A stretch of 21,556 nt of DNA from an uncultured Dehalococcoidia bacterium (lineage in GTDB: Bacteria > Chloroflexota > Dehalococcoidia > Lucifugimonadales > CAZEDC01), in NCBI GenBank assembly GCA_964510985.1, contig CAZEDC010000086.1:1-21556 (forward strand), read 5' to 3'. Shown piece after piece: positions 1-8,566 of the stretch. A program made the translations under genes and the position numbers. Numbering within the stretch: the first letter of the stretch is position 1; each line of letters opens with the position of its first letter. The notes below the pieces were generated by a model that did no database searches, had not been told where the DNA came from, and was given only the letters and a program-made list of their open reading frames with translations.

Positions 1-203
1 CCCCAGGTCGGCACACAGTCGGTGGCCTCGAAACGCAGTGTCCGTAACGCCCTCTCATAGCCGTTCATAGCACATAGACCCTTTCATTGCGGCTGCACTA
101 ATGGTTACCGTCGCTGAAGCTGTATTGAGGCCTACAAAGGCATCGCTCACGATTTGGTCCTACTAACGCTTATGGTGTGAATCCATCAGGGAGCACACGG
201 GGG

Positions 204-1391
204 CTAGACCGACGACGGTCCTGTATTGCCTGATATCCGAGCCAAGACCTCAACGAGCGCACTGGCATACCGGACTACTGAATCCACATTCACCGCGTCG
301 GGCCATCTGTCGGCTTCCTGATGGAAAGTCGCATGGCCTCCCGCAAGAGATATATAGCGACCACCCTTTTCGTGAATGTCTCTCGACTCTCCACCGGGCA
401 CCACGCCCATTGGGACGATCTCAGGCATTTCGATGGCATGCCCAACCAGGACCTCCGCTGCGAGCTGCTGCAATTCCTTGCTTAAGGCTGCGAGTCGAGG
501 GGTTGGGTCTTCTGCAGCTCCGATGGACGCGCCCAGGTGGATCCACGCTAAAGCGCCAGTGGCAAGATTGGGATTCCGGCGAAGGTAAGCCTTGAGTCCA
601 AGGTGTCCAAGTTCATGACCACTGGTCGCGACGAACCTAACATCCCTCGACGGTCGGTTGTCGCCGAGCGATCGGATCATCTCAAGCCAACAGGCGATCC
701 CTCCACCGCGCTCGGAGGCGCACCGCCACCATCCGCTTCGAGGCGTCATGACAATAACCGGTGGCAAGCTCGGATCGTGCCCATGGACGATTGTGGTCAC
801 GTTAACGGCCTTGACATCGGTACGTTTGACCTCTGCTACGACCTGGCATTGGGCCTGTTCATTGGCCTTTTCGAACAGCCAGCCACGGATCTCGGTGTCG
901 ACCTGTAACACCGGTGGTCCAAACGGCGCGGCGAAACTCGGAGCATTCTGCGGTGCGAGACCCGGTTTGCTACCAGGTGGTAGCGTGACAGCGATCAATG
1001 CCCGATGCCTGCCGGAGCTTCTCGCCTGCTCCAGGGCGTCATGTGGGTACATCGGCGATACCTCTGCCAGTCCGATTTCAGCCTGGGAGTTCAGAACGCC
1101 GAGTTTACCCTGAATGCCGCGGTCACCGGTAAACGAGCCATCAAAAAGCGGGAGGCCGTCGATTTTCGTTCCGTCAACATCCAGGAAGTTCCGTACAGGA
1201 GTGATTCGGCTCAGGTCAAAGGTCTCCTGATGTGCCTCGAAACCGTTGGCGTTCACCTGCTGTGCCAGCCATGTGGCGGACATCAAATCGATTTCAGTCC
1301 CGGTCCGGTGCCATCCCTGGGCATCGTATGCTCGGATGTAATTTGCGACTCGTTCATTCATCTCGTGTTTAGAGTTTCCATTTTTCGGCAT
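204..1391 (-). CDS. M28-family zinc metallopeptidase (aminopeptidase-like); an alternative start at the internal Met codon ending at 1361 is possible
   Basis: 395-aa ORF. Motifs typical of M28 peptidases, including HGHD...(D/E)...SGHELGHLG-type zinc-ligand blocks (VHGHDPSLPPVIVMTPRSGWW, ATSGHELGHLGLKAY). No strong Shine-Dalgarno sequence before either candidate start. Confidence 0.75.
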   Translation of the reverse strand: MPKNGNSKHEMNERVANYIRAYDAQGWHRTGTEIDLMSATWLAQQVNANGFEAHQETFDLSRITPVRNFLDVDGTKIDGLPLFDGSFTGDRGIQGKLGVLNSQAEIGLAEVSPMYPHDALEQARSSGRHRALIAVTLPPGSKPGLAPQNAPSFAAPFGPPVLQVDTEIRGWLFEKANEQAQCQVVAEVKRTDVKAVNVTTIVHGHDPSLPPVIVMTPRSGWWRCASERGGGIACWLEMIRSLGDNRPSRDVRFVATSGHELGHLGLKAYLRRNPNLATGALAWIHLGASIGAAEDPTPRLAALSKELQQLAAEVLVGHAIEMPEIVPMGVVPGGESRDIHEKGGRYISLAGGHATFHQEADRWPDAVNVDSVVRYASALVEVLARISGNTGPSSV

Positions 1392-1490
1392 CCGGCCAAG
1401 GATGAGCGAGGTATGTATCGTGGGGTCTATAGCTTGGACTGGCCAGAGTCCCGATGGCTGTGGCAGATATCTTCACCCCCATAATTGGCC

Positions 1491-1514
1491 CATTATCGCT
1501 GATGACCTAGACTC
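1491..1514 (-). promoter_or_regulatory. CATTATCGCTGATGACCTAGACTC motif (minus-strand sense ...CATCAGCGATAATG), a -10-like box ~100 nt upstream of the M28 peptidase start
   Basis: Same extended motif (C[AG]TCAGCGATAAT) as in copies A, B and C and at 4320. No convincing -35 hexamer at a 16-18 nt spacing in any copy. Confidence 0.35.
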
Positions 1515-1675
1515 GTTAGCTCTCGTGTTTTCTCGTCGCTGAATGAGTCCCATTGTCGCAATTGGACTACACCTGGACACGATCTGGAACCTCCTGACCG
1601 GGGGAAGGATACACGCCAGTCAGAAGGCCTCAGGTGAGTCACTCGTCACTCTTCACCAGGCCAACGCTGGAGGGA

Positions 1676-2503
1676 TTATCGTGCTCTTACCGCCGGCTCA
1701 ATCTCCGGCATGGCCGTTGCGGGCTCGCCCTTGATGCTCTCCACAATTTCAAATGCCGTCAGGACCGCGTTATCGTCGCCCTCCAATGCCAGGATCACCG
1801 CGCCCTCCGATCCGCCAACACCACCGGAGGAGACATGCGTGGCGGTTACCCCAGCGAGGACCTCGATAGCCTCCACCTCGGTGACCACCAGTGCGTTGAC
1901 GACGGGATTCAGTCCGACGAAGCTACCCATTGCATACTTGAATAGCCGGGTCCCGCACCTCATGGCCGCATCAATGACCGAGGGGATAAGCTTCTCGAGA
2001 CCAACGGGTATGATGAGATAGGAGCCTCTAGCGGTGAGCGTGGGCCAGATGGAGCCGATGGTGCCACCCGCTTCGTTCCCCACCAGGATGCCGGCGTTGC
2101 CTTCGATGTCAACTGCGTTGGCCCCCTTGATAGAAACGTCAGTGCTCTTAAACTCCTGCAGCACATCGTACGCTTCTTCTTGCACCAGCTTTCCCTGGCG
2201 GAATACCCATGGTCCCATTTGTCTCACCGTTCCCCCCAATCTCCGGTCGGTGACGACGCCGGAGGTGCAGTGGGGCCTATCGAGCCCCTCTACCCCCAAC
2301 TCTTCGACTATGAAAGAGGGGGTGATTCCACGGGATACGATGAACAGGCCGTCGTCGAGTGCGCGCCGGACTTCGGGGAGCTTCAAGACCGCTTTCGCGA
2401 TCAGACGCTTGGACTCGGAAGGGGCCAGAACTACTATTGCATGGGTCCGGTCGTCTCGCGTTCTTTCCAGGGGTTGTCTAAACGAGCTCGTATCGTAAAA
2501 CAA
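1676..2503 (-). CDS. Hypothetical protein, 275 aa, no confident family assignment. Gly-rich motifs VGNEAGGTIGS and SSGGVGGSEG give only a weak resemblance to a PurE/LarB-like nucleotide-binding fold.
   Basis: Long ORF with TTG start, confirmed by translating caa at 2501-2503 on the reverse strand. Protein-like composition. Preceded by conserved element A 152 nt upstream. Confidence 0.6.
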   Translation of the reverse strand: MFYDTSSFRQPLERTRDDRTHAIVVLAPSESKRLIAKAVLKLPEVRRALDDGLFIVSRGITPSFIVEELGVEGLDRPHCTSGVVTDRRLGGTVRQMGPWVFRQGKLVQEEAYDVLQEFKSTDVSIKGANAVDIEGNAGILVGNEAGGTIGSIWPTLTARGSYLIIPVGLEKLIPSVIDAAMRCGTRLFKYAMGSFVGLNPVVNALVVTEVEAIEVLAGVTATHVSSGGVGGSEGAVILALEGDDNAVLTAFEIVESIKGEPATAMPEIEPAVRAR

Positions 2504-2650
2504 CGCGTACTACTCCTTTCTTCTTCTGGCTTCCTTCAGCGGCGGGCAGGTACCAAGCGCTCCTATTAAAACCCTCACCCCGGTGTCCCCCTCCCCCTGG
2601 TGTATCAACTGGAGACACGGTGGGCGGGTTTTCTGGGACATGGTGATGAC

Positions 2651-2762
2651 CTGCCCCATCTTTGTACCACCTGTCACGGTAGCCCCACAAGGACGGGAAC
2701 CGTGTCGGTACCGATACCGGTCAGACCCGAGCATCCTCGACCCGGGAAAGATTATCGCTGAC
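2651..2762. repeat. Conserved intergenic element, copy A: a ~45-nt core (2655-2697) plus a palindromic block TCGGTACCGATACCGGTCAGACCCGA and a GATTATCGC (-10-like on the minus strand) box at 2750-2758
   Basis: The core CCCATCTTTGTACCACCTGTCACGGTAGCCCCACAAGGACGGG aligns with copies B-E. The flanking blocks are 14/14 and 26/27 identical to copy B. Located 152 nt upstream of the TTG start at 2503. Confidence 0.7.
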
Positions 2763-2829
2763 GTCCAACACACAAGGCTCATGATGAGAACCGCATGTGG
2801 GCCGACTTCTGTGGGTGACACAAGCTCCG

Positions 2830-3942
2830 TTAATGCCCTTTGGACCGGTTACCAACTGCTCTCCCGCAGTCCTTGTATGCGCTGAGAAGCGCATTCACAT
2901 TCTGTAGAGGTGTGTCGGCCTGGATGTTGTGGGATGTGCACAGAATGTAGCCACCACGAGGAGCAAGTGCCTGAATTCTGTCCTCAACTTCCCTGCGGAC
3001 ATCCTCGGCGGTGCCGAAGGGAAGGGTCCTCTGGATCGAAATACCTCCATGAAACGCGAGTCGGCCACCGAACACAGCCTTCAACTCGCGAGGCTCCATG
3101 CCCGGCGCCTCTGGTTGAAGCGACTGAAGTATATCCAGCCCGCGTTCGATCATGAGCGGTATGAACGGTCGGACAGCCCCGCATGTGTGATGCATCACAC
3201 GAATGCCGTACCCCTTTGCAATACCCACGTATTCTGTAAAACCTTCCCCGAGGAAGTCCAACCACATTGTTGGAGAGATCAAAGGCCGATCCTGAGCGCC
3301 AAAGTCATCCCCCGTGAGTAGGATATCCATCTTCCCTTTTGCGGCATCAAAGATCCTCTCGGCGTAGGAACAGTAAAAACCGCGAATGTTGGAAAGAATT
3401 GCTTTGGCAAGGTCAGGGTTAGAGCCCATGTCAACAAATATCGCTTCGATGCCGCGAATGTACATGGCAGGCTTTAGCTGCGAGACGCGATTCAGACGGT
3501 CCCCCATGAAGACGACGACTCTCTCTTGCTTACGGATTCTCTCGCACTGCGCCTCTATGTCGCTGTAGTCGAACCAATCGGCAGAGGGCCAGTGGCCATA
3601 GTCTAAGACCTCTTCAACGGTCGTCGCCGAAGCCAGAGGAGACTCCACCACTTCCTCGTAACTTTCTGCCCCGCCGTCTGTCGGCACCACAACTGTCTTG
3701 CGGCGTACCCCCCAGAGATCATCGGATGACCCGTCCGAAAAGTTTTGCAGTGGTGGCCCAATGTACCTGGGACCCGCGATATACCGAAAATCGATATCGT
3801 GAGAGTCGAGAAACATGTCCTCGGTCACTCCCAACACCGATTCGAGCTTGCGTTTGAATCCTTTGGACATCCAGAAGTCAACGGGAACCCTGTCGGGCTG
3901 CTCAAAATTTAGTGCTAGAAACGTACGTTCTCGCGAGTTCAT
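2830..3942 (-). CDS. Uroporphyrinogen-decarboxylase (URO-D) family protein, MtaA/CmuA-like methyltransferase/decarboxylase
   Basis: 370-aa ORF. N-terminal RERTFLALNFEQPDRVPVDFW is typical of the URO-D/MtaA family. ATG at 3942 with an AAGGT Shine-Dalgarno ~11 nt upstream. Confidence 0.8.
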   Translation of the reverse strand: MNSRERTFLALNFEQPDRVPVDFWMSKGFKRKLESVLGVTEDMFLDSHDIDFRYIAGPRYIGPPLQNFSDGSSDDLWGVRRKTVVVPTDGGAESYEEVVESPLASATTVEEVLDYGHWPSADWFDYSDIEAQCERIRKQERVVVFMGDRLNRVSQLKPAMYIRGIEAIFVDMGSNPDLAKAILSNIRGFYCSYAERIFDAAKGKMDILLTGDDFGAQDRPLISPTMWLDFLGEGFTEYVGIAKGYGIRVMHHTCGAVRPFIPLMIERGLDILQSLQPEAPGMEPRELKAVFGGRLAFHGGISIQRTLPFGTAEDVRREVEDRIQALAPRGGYILCTSHNIQADTPLQNVNALLSAYKDCGRAVGNRSKGH

Positions 3943-3972
3943 TCGGTTAAACCTTGGTTTCCGGCAATGCCT

Positions 3973-4224
3973 TTACCAGGACTTAAAAACATTCGGTTGC
4001 GTCCAGGCGCGAGCGCCGTTCGAGAAGATGACGGAATCGCGGAAGTAGGACTCGTCGTCATCTGGACGGCAGGCGGCTTTCAGTCCGAAGGCCTCTTTCA
4101 GCGTCATCCGATGGGCACCGACAATCCGTGTGGTGAAGAGAGCATCACCCTCCTGACAAATCCGCACCTCTACCTCGTCCGACCCCTGCTTCGGAAATGG
4201 TACAACTCTGGATATTGGATGCAC
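3973..4224 (-). CDS. Small hypothetical protein (83 aa), possibly co-transcribed with the downstream URO-D-family gene
   Basis: GTG start at 4224. Lies 30 nt upstream of the URO-D gene on the same strand. A GCGATAAT -10-like motif (4320-4328) sits ~90 nt upstream. Composition is protein-like, but in high-GC DNA an ORF of this length can arise by chance. Confidence 0.3.
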   Translation of the reverse strand: MHPISRVVPFPKQGSDEVEVRICQEGDALFTTRIVGAHRMTLKEAFGLKAACRPDDDESYFRDSVIFSNGARAWTQPNVFKSW

Positions 4225-4310
4225 CTAAAAGGAAGCCTTTTGGTGCGAAGGAATCGGCTGTGAAGGGGTGACCTGATCTCAATTCAGAGGCCAGGTCCGA
4301 GCCGAGGAGG

Positions 4311-4328
4311 CCCGGGAAAGATTATCGC
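4311..4328 (-). promoter_or_regulatory. Second exact copy of the 18-mer cccgggaaagattatcgc (minus-strand sense GCGATAATCTTTCCCGGG); candidate -10-like promoter element or operator
   Basis: Identical 18-mer at 2741-2758 (in element A) and at 4311-4328. Here it lies just downstream of the oxidoreductase stop and ~375 nt upstream of the URO-D-family start, with the 83-aa ORF in between. Confidence 0.4.
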
Positions 4329-4357
4329 GTCTTACTCGACGCCGAGCGGCAGGTGAC

Positions 4358-5917
4358 CTAAGAGGCCGTCCTTTGCAGGTCCTTAAGAATTGCATGGGCC
4401 GCGTTGTGCCCAGGAGCGCCCGTCACAGCGCCCGACGGATGGGTACCCGCACCGCACATGTAGAAGTTTTGGATGGAAGTCCGGTAAGGCTGGCGCTGGG
4501 ACAGTAACTGACTGGGAATCTGGTCAAGGTGGCAGATGTTGCCATCGGTCAAACCCACCCTCGTCTCCATGTCCAGAGGGGTCTGGAAGGTCCAGTCCAG
4601 AAGGCTGTCACGGAAGTTGGGCGCGTATTCGTTGAACGCGTCGATGATCTGCTCGCCCACCTCCTCTCTGGCATCGTCCCAGGTGCCGTCTTTCAAGCGA
4701 GGGGGCTCCCATACGACCCAGTTGGACATCACATGGCCACTGTGGCGAACGAGGTCGGGGTCCACCAGGCTGGTAAGCTGGATATGCATGACGGGGCAAG
4801 TTGTCGGCTTGCCATTGATGGCGTCGACCCAGCTCTGCTGGTAGTACTCGACCGAAGGCGCTACCTGAATGGTCGGTATCGAGGTCGGGTCGTAACCGTT
4901 TCCCAGATACCGGGAAAGATCAGGAAGCTCACTTAGCGCCGCCAGGAATTTCGCGTTTCCCGCGTTTGTCTTCCACCTCTTCACGCGTCTGACGGTCTCC
5001 TCGCCGACCTCCTCGGGCTGGAACAGGGTGGTGAAGGTACGCTTTGGGTCCGCATTGGATACGACGAGGTAGCTCAGGATCTCTTCTCCGTTTTCAAGCC
5101 GCACTCCCCTGGCCACCCCGTCCTCCACGATGACCTCCTTGACCGGCGCCCCGGTCCTGATCTCCGCTCCAAAACTTCTGGCGGCTCTGGCAATGGACTC
5201 CGAGACGGTCCCCATGCTCATCTTGGGGATGCCCCGGTCAACATCCCTGGTGAAGCGGTCGCAGTTGTACATGGCGATACCCAGCATACTTCCAGGGGAA
5301 GACGGGTCGGCCTGAATGCCAGCCCTCATGAAATGCGCCTTGACATGTTCCTCCTCGAAGTGGTCTTCCACCAGGTCGATAAAGCTCCAGGTCAGGAGCT
5401 TCTCCAGGACCTCTTCCCTACGTGTCCCACGGACGCTGACCATCAGGTCGGAGATTGTGGGAGGCTCCGTCATGAAGTAGGGATAGACGATTGCCGACGC
5501 CTCCTCCCAGAAGGAGACCCAATCGAAATAGGTGCGCGCGTCGTGCTCCGAAAAATTGCGGATCTGCTCGGCGGTGTCATAGTTGTTACTGATACCGGGA
5601 CCACCCAGGAAGGTCCCATCGGGGAAGAGGTGGATGGTTTGCGACAGGTCGGCTTTCGTGTGACTGTATGCCAACTCGAAGCCGTGCTCTCTGAGCTTGA
5701 GTTCGTCAATGACCTTCCCCTGGAGAAGGTGGACTATGTAGGCGCACATTGGACCCGAGAATCCCGGTGAGAACTCGTCGGTCGTCGAGGCGCCGCCCAC
5801 CTTGTCCAACCGCTCCAGGACCAAAACGGAAAGCCCGTCTCTGGCAAGGTAGCCGGCAGTCACCAGCCCGTTGTGGCCTGCGCCAACGATGATTGCGTCG
5901 TACTGATTTTCGGCCAT
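4358..5917 (-). CDS. FAD/NAD(P)-dependent oxidoreductase, phytoene-desaturase (CrtI/CrtD) family
   Basis: N-terminal Rossmann motif DAIIVGAGHNGLVTAGYLARDGLSVLVLE. C-terminal GAGTHPSGAVTGAPGHNAA, typical of the CrtI family. The ORF track begins at a TTG at 6022, but the ATG at 5917 is preceded by GGAGGAG 10 nt upstream and is the likelier start. Confidence 0.85.
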   Translation of the reverse strand: MAENQYDAIIVGAGHNGLVTAGYLARDGLSVLVLERLDKVGGASTTDEFSPGFSGPMCAYIVHLLQGKVIDELKLREHGFELAYSHTKADLSQTIHLFPDGTFLGGPGISNNYDTAEQIRNFSEHDARTYFDWVSFWEEASAIVYPYFMTEPPTISDLMVSVRGTRREEVLEKLLTWSFIDLVEDHFEEEHVKAHFMRAGIQADPSSPGSMLGIAMYNCDRFTRDVDRGIPKMSMGTVSESIARAARSFGAEIRTGAPVKEVIVEDGVARGVRLENGEEILSYLVVSNADPKRTFTTLFQPEEVGEETVRRVKRWKTNAGNAKFLAALSELPDLSRYLGNGYDPTSIPTIQVAPSVEYYQQSWVDAINGKPTTCPVMHIQLTSLVDPDLVRHSGHVMSNWVVWEPPRLKDGTWDDAREEVGEQIIDAFNEYAPNFRDSLLDWTFQTPLDMETRVGLTDGNICHLDQIPSQLLSQRQPYRTSIQNFYMCGAGTHPSGAVTGAPGHNAAHAILKDLQRTAS

Positions 5918-6058
5918 GAGTCGTTGCTCCTCCACGTCAGCGCTATCGGCGGCGAGTTCCTTAAAGCGGGAGGTCGACCGCCAGGATGGGGCGATTGTAG
6001 TCAGACCGCGGCAGGCCGTCAACTAGAAGCCCGATCGCGTCTATCCGGGTAGCTACAG

Positions 6059-6183
6059 CCTGCCCCCCCATCTTTGTACAACTCGATATATTCGTCCCAT
6101 AAGAGCAGGGATCGTCTCGGTACCGATACCCGGTCAGACCCGAATTGAGGAAGCCTGGATTAGATTATCACAGTCCCATTATC
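6059..6183. repeat. Conserved intergenic element, copy B: core (6067-6110) plus the same palindromic block (6114-6143) and two GATTATC/CATTATC boxes at 6163-6169 and 6177-6183
   Basis: CCCATCTTTGTACAACTCGATATATTCGTCCCATAAGAGCAGGG, followed by GTCTCGGTACCGATACCCGGTCAGACCCGA. Contains the perfect palindromes TTGTACAA and TCGGTACCGA. Located 150 nt upstream of the ATG at 5917. Confidence 0.7.
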
Positions 6184-6344
6184 CCTGATGTCCTACGTGC
6201 ACGGGCACAGGATAGGGGTAGGCGCTTGGAGTGCGGGGCGAAGTCCTACTGCGCCATCGAGGGCCCTATCAAAACACTTGAGAACCTAGAGGACTACGTC
6301 AGCTATCCGCACAAGCAAGTCGTTTATTGGGTCCCATGGGGGAA

Positions 6345-7190
6345 TCAGCGGCCCTTCCAGACCGGTTTCCGCTTCTCCACAAACGCCCGTGGCCCCTCCC
6401 TTGACTTCCAGTCCGCCGATTGGCGTAATGTCGCTCCGACAATGTCGTCCAGGTCCCACGCCCGCAGCCCTCGGTCGTCCAGGTACTCAAGCGGCCGGTC
6501 CAGGCTCTTTGTCGCCAGCTCCTTGGTGACGCGGGTCGCGACCGGCGAGTTCTCGTTGATCTTGTCCGCCATCGCTATAGCTTCTTCCATGAGCCTGTCA
6601 GGAGGCACCACCTTGTTTATCAGACCTACCCGTAGGGCTTCCTCGGCGGTGATGTGCTCTCCGGTGAGGAGCATCTGCATTGCGATCTTGAGAGGGATCT
6701 GTCGGGGAAGACGATGGATCCCACCGGACCCCGGATAGGTGCCGACGTTCCTGATCTCCGGGACCCCGAAGCTGGCGGTCTCAGAGGCGATGACGATATC
6801 GCAGGCCATAGCTATTTCCAGACCACCTCCCAGACAGTAGCCGTTGACGGCTGCGATGATTGGTTTCCAGATCTCACGATGGACCAGGCCTCCTTCCTGG
6901 ATTGGGGAATCGCCGGCCTCTCGCTCAGACACGGGCATCACCCTCTGTTCTTCGGTGAGGGTGGTCATCGCTTTGATGTCAGAGCCCGCGCAGAAAGCTT
7001 TATCGCCCGCGCCCGTGATGATCGCTACCCACACCTCTGGGTCTTCGTCGAAGTCCGTCCAGACGTCGTAGAGCTCCGAGTTGGTCTCGTAGCTTACCGC
7101 GTTCATCACGTGTGGGCGATTGATGGTCACGAAAGCCGTCCTGTCCCTCTTCTCGTAGAGAACATCTTTGTACGCCATCATACCCTCCAT
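6345..7190 (-). CDS. Enoyl-CoA hydratase/isomerase (crotonase) family protein. The true start may be the Met codon ending at 7178, which has a GGAGG 5 nt upstream.
   Basis: Crotonase-fold motifs: FVTINRPHVMNA, ITGAGDKAFCAGSDIK, AAVNGYCLGGGLEIAMACD. It is the last gene of a four-gene minus-strand operon with 67-86 nt spacers. Confidence 0.85.
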   Translation of the reverse strand: MEGMMAYKDVLYEKRDRTAFVTINRPHVMNAVSYETNSELYDVWTDFDEDPEVWVAIITGAGDKAFCAGSDIKAMTTLTEEQRVMPVSEREAGDSPIQEGGLVHREIWKPIIAAVNGYCLGGGLEIAMACDIVIASETASFGVPEIRNVGTYPGSGGIHRLPRQIPLKIAMQMLLTGEHITAEEALRVGLINKVVPPDRLMEEAIAMADKINENSPVATRVTKELATKSLDRPLEYLDDRGLRAWDLDDIVGATLRQSADWKSREGPRAFVEKRKPVWKGR

Positions 7191-7259
7191 ATTCCTGAGA
7201 ACACGCTGCCGCGTTCGAGCCCCGGCACTGCCTCGGAACTGCCCTGCGTCGGCCTTCTG

Positions 7260-8477
7260 CTAGATCACCTTTTCTATCCTCAGAGCGTCCACCTCTTCCC
7301 GGGTATAACCAATGGACAGCAAGACCTCGTCGTTGTGCTGGCCCAGGGTAGGTGGAGCAGTCCGGATCTGGGCCGGTGTTTTAGAGAGTTTGTAGGGGAC
7401 GCCGGGCAGTTTCAGGGGCCCAATCGGGCTGTCAACCGTGACCACCATCTCGTTGTGTAGTACCTGGGGATCGGAGAAGACTTCGGGGAAGCTGTTCACC
7501 GGCGCCGCCCACAGGTCTGCCTCTTCCATGAGTGGCAGCCATTCGGCGGTGGTCTTCCGGCCCAGGGCCTTCTCGATCAGCCTTCCCAACTCCACTCTGT
7601 TCTTGTAGCGTTTGAGCGGAGTATCGAACCGCGGGTCCTCCGTCAGATCGGTTGTGCCCAACACCTTTGATAGCGCGGGAAACAGGTGGCCTCCGGATAT
7701 TGCGATGGAGTCATCCTTGGTCTTGTAGACTCCGTATGGGGCCGGCTGGTAAGGACAGCCATGTTCCGGGGCGCCTCGCTGGGGCTCAATCCCCGTGTTC
7801 AGGAAGTGTACGGCCATCTCTGATAGCCCCGCGACGGTGCTACTCAGCAAATTCACGTTCACCTGTTGACCTTCGCCCGTGAGATTCCGATGGAAGAGTG
7901 CGCCCAGCACACCGAACGCGCCATACATGGCCCCCAGCAGGTCGGAGAGCGGGAACCCAACAGCCGTAGGGCGCCCATCCGCTGTCGCGTTCATGGTGTC
8001 GAATCCACCTAGCGCCTGGGCCAGCATATCCTGTCCCGGTCTGCGGGCGTAAGGGCCATCAGCACCGTAGCCGGTAGCCGAAGCGTAGATTATCGATGGA
8101 TTTATCTCGCAACAGTCCTCGTATCCGAAGCCGAGGCGGGACATGACTCCCGGTCGAAAGTTCTCGTACACCACGTCGCAGGTCTCGAGGAGCCGACGCG
8201 TGATTTCTTTCCCTTTTTCCTGTTTCAGGTCAATGGTTATACTCTTCTTGTTTCGGTTGTGAGCAAGGAACGTTGCCGGCGCGAACGTACTGTCCTCCTC
8301 GGTCTTACCGTAATCGCCGTGTAGACCGTAGCGCTCATCCACACGGCCGGCGGGCAACCCGGGCCTTTCGACCTTGAAGACCTCAGCTCCCAGGTCACTC
8401 AGCATCTGCGTCGCCTCAGGGCCCTGCATCATGATGGTGAAATCTAGGATTCTTATGCTATCCAGTGGCAATGCCAT
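7260..8477 (-). CDS. Class III CoA-transferase (CaiB/BaiF/formyl-CoA transferase family)
   Basis: N-terminal LDSIRILDFTIMMQGPEATQMLSDLGAEVFKVERPG is the family-III signature. ATG at 8477 is preceded by GAGGTGA 5 nt upstream; the GTG at 8480 listed in the ORF track is probably not used. Confidence 0.85.
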   Translation of the reverse strand: MALPLDSIRILDFTIMMQGPEATQMLSDLGAEVFKVERPGLPAGRVDERYGLHGDYGKTEEDSTFAPATFLAHNRNKKSITIDLKQEKGKEITRRLLETCDVVYENFRPGVMSRLGFGYEDCCEINPSIIYASATGYGADGPYARRPGQDMLAQALGGFDTMNATADGRPTAVGFPLSDLLGAMYGAFGVLGALFHRNLTGEGQQVNVNLLSSTVAGLSEMAVHFLNTGIEPQRGAPEHGCPYQPAPYGVYKTKDDSIAISGGHLFPALSKVLGTTDLTEDPRFDTPLKRYKNRVELGRLIEKALGRKTTAEWLPLMEEADLWAAPVNSFPEVFSDPQVLHNEMVVTVDSPIGPLKLPGVPYKLSKTPAQIRTAPPTLGQHNDEVLLSIGYTREEVDALRIEKVI

Positions 8478-8566
8478 CACTCACCTCGTAAATCGGGTTC
8501 TAACTGAGTGCGCCGGGGAAGCCGGCTACGTTCCGCAACATCCGCTGTCGGCGTATGCCGGGCCGG

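Noticed and set aside
1-68. Possible 5' end of another minus-strand gene running off the left edge (ATG at 66-68, MNGYERALRTLRFEATDCVPTWG...)
   Set aside because: Only ~22 codons are visible and the Shine-Dalgarno is weak. Too short to assess.
6150-6175. Possible TPP-riboswitch-like CUGGAUUAGAUUAUC segment
   Set aside because: Only a superficial resemblance to the TPP aptamer (UGAUCUGGAUAAUGCCAGC). The pairing partners and the CUGAGA box are absent, and the downstream genes are not thiamine-related.
6145-6738. Plus-strand 197-aa ORF spanning the element-B region and the crotonase 3' end
   Set aside because: It overlaps a confidently assigned crotonase gene and the conserved intergenic element. 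The translation is Arg/Ser-rich and not protein-like.
7164-7173. The 10-mer atctttgtac, identical to the start of the conserved element, inside the crotonase start region
   Set aside because: It encodes the N-terminal MAYKDV of a well-supported gene, and the rest of the element is absent. Likely coincidence.
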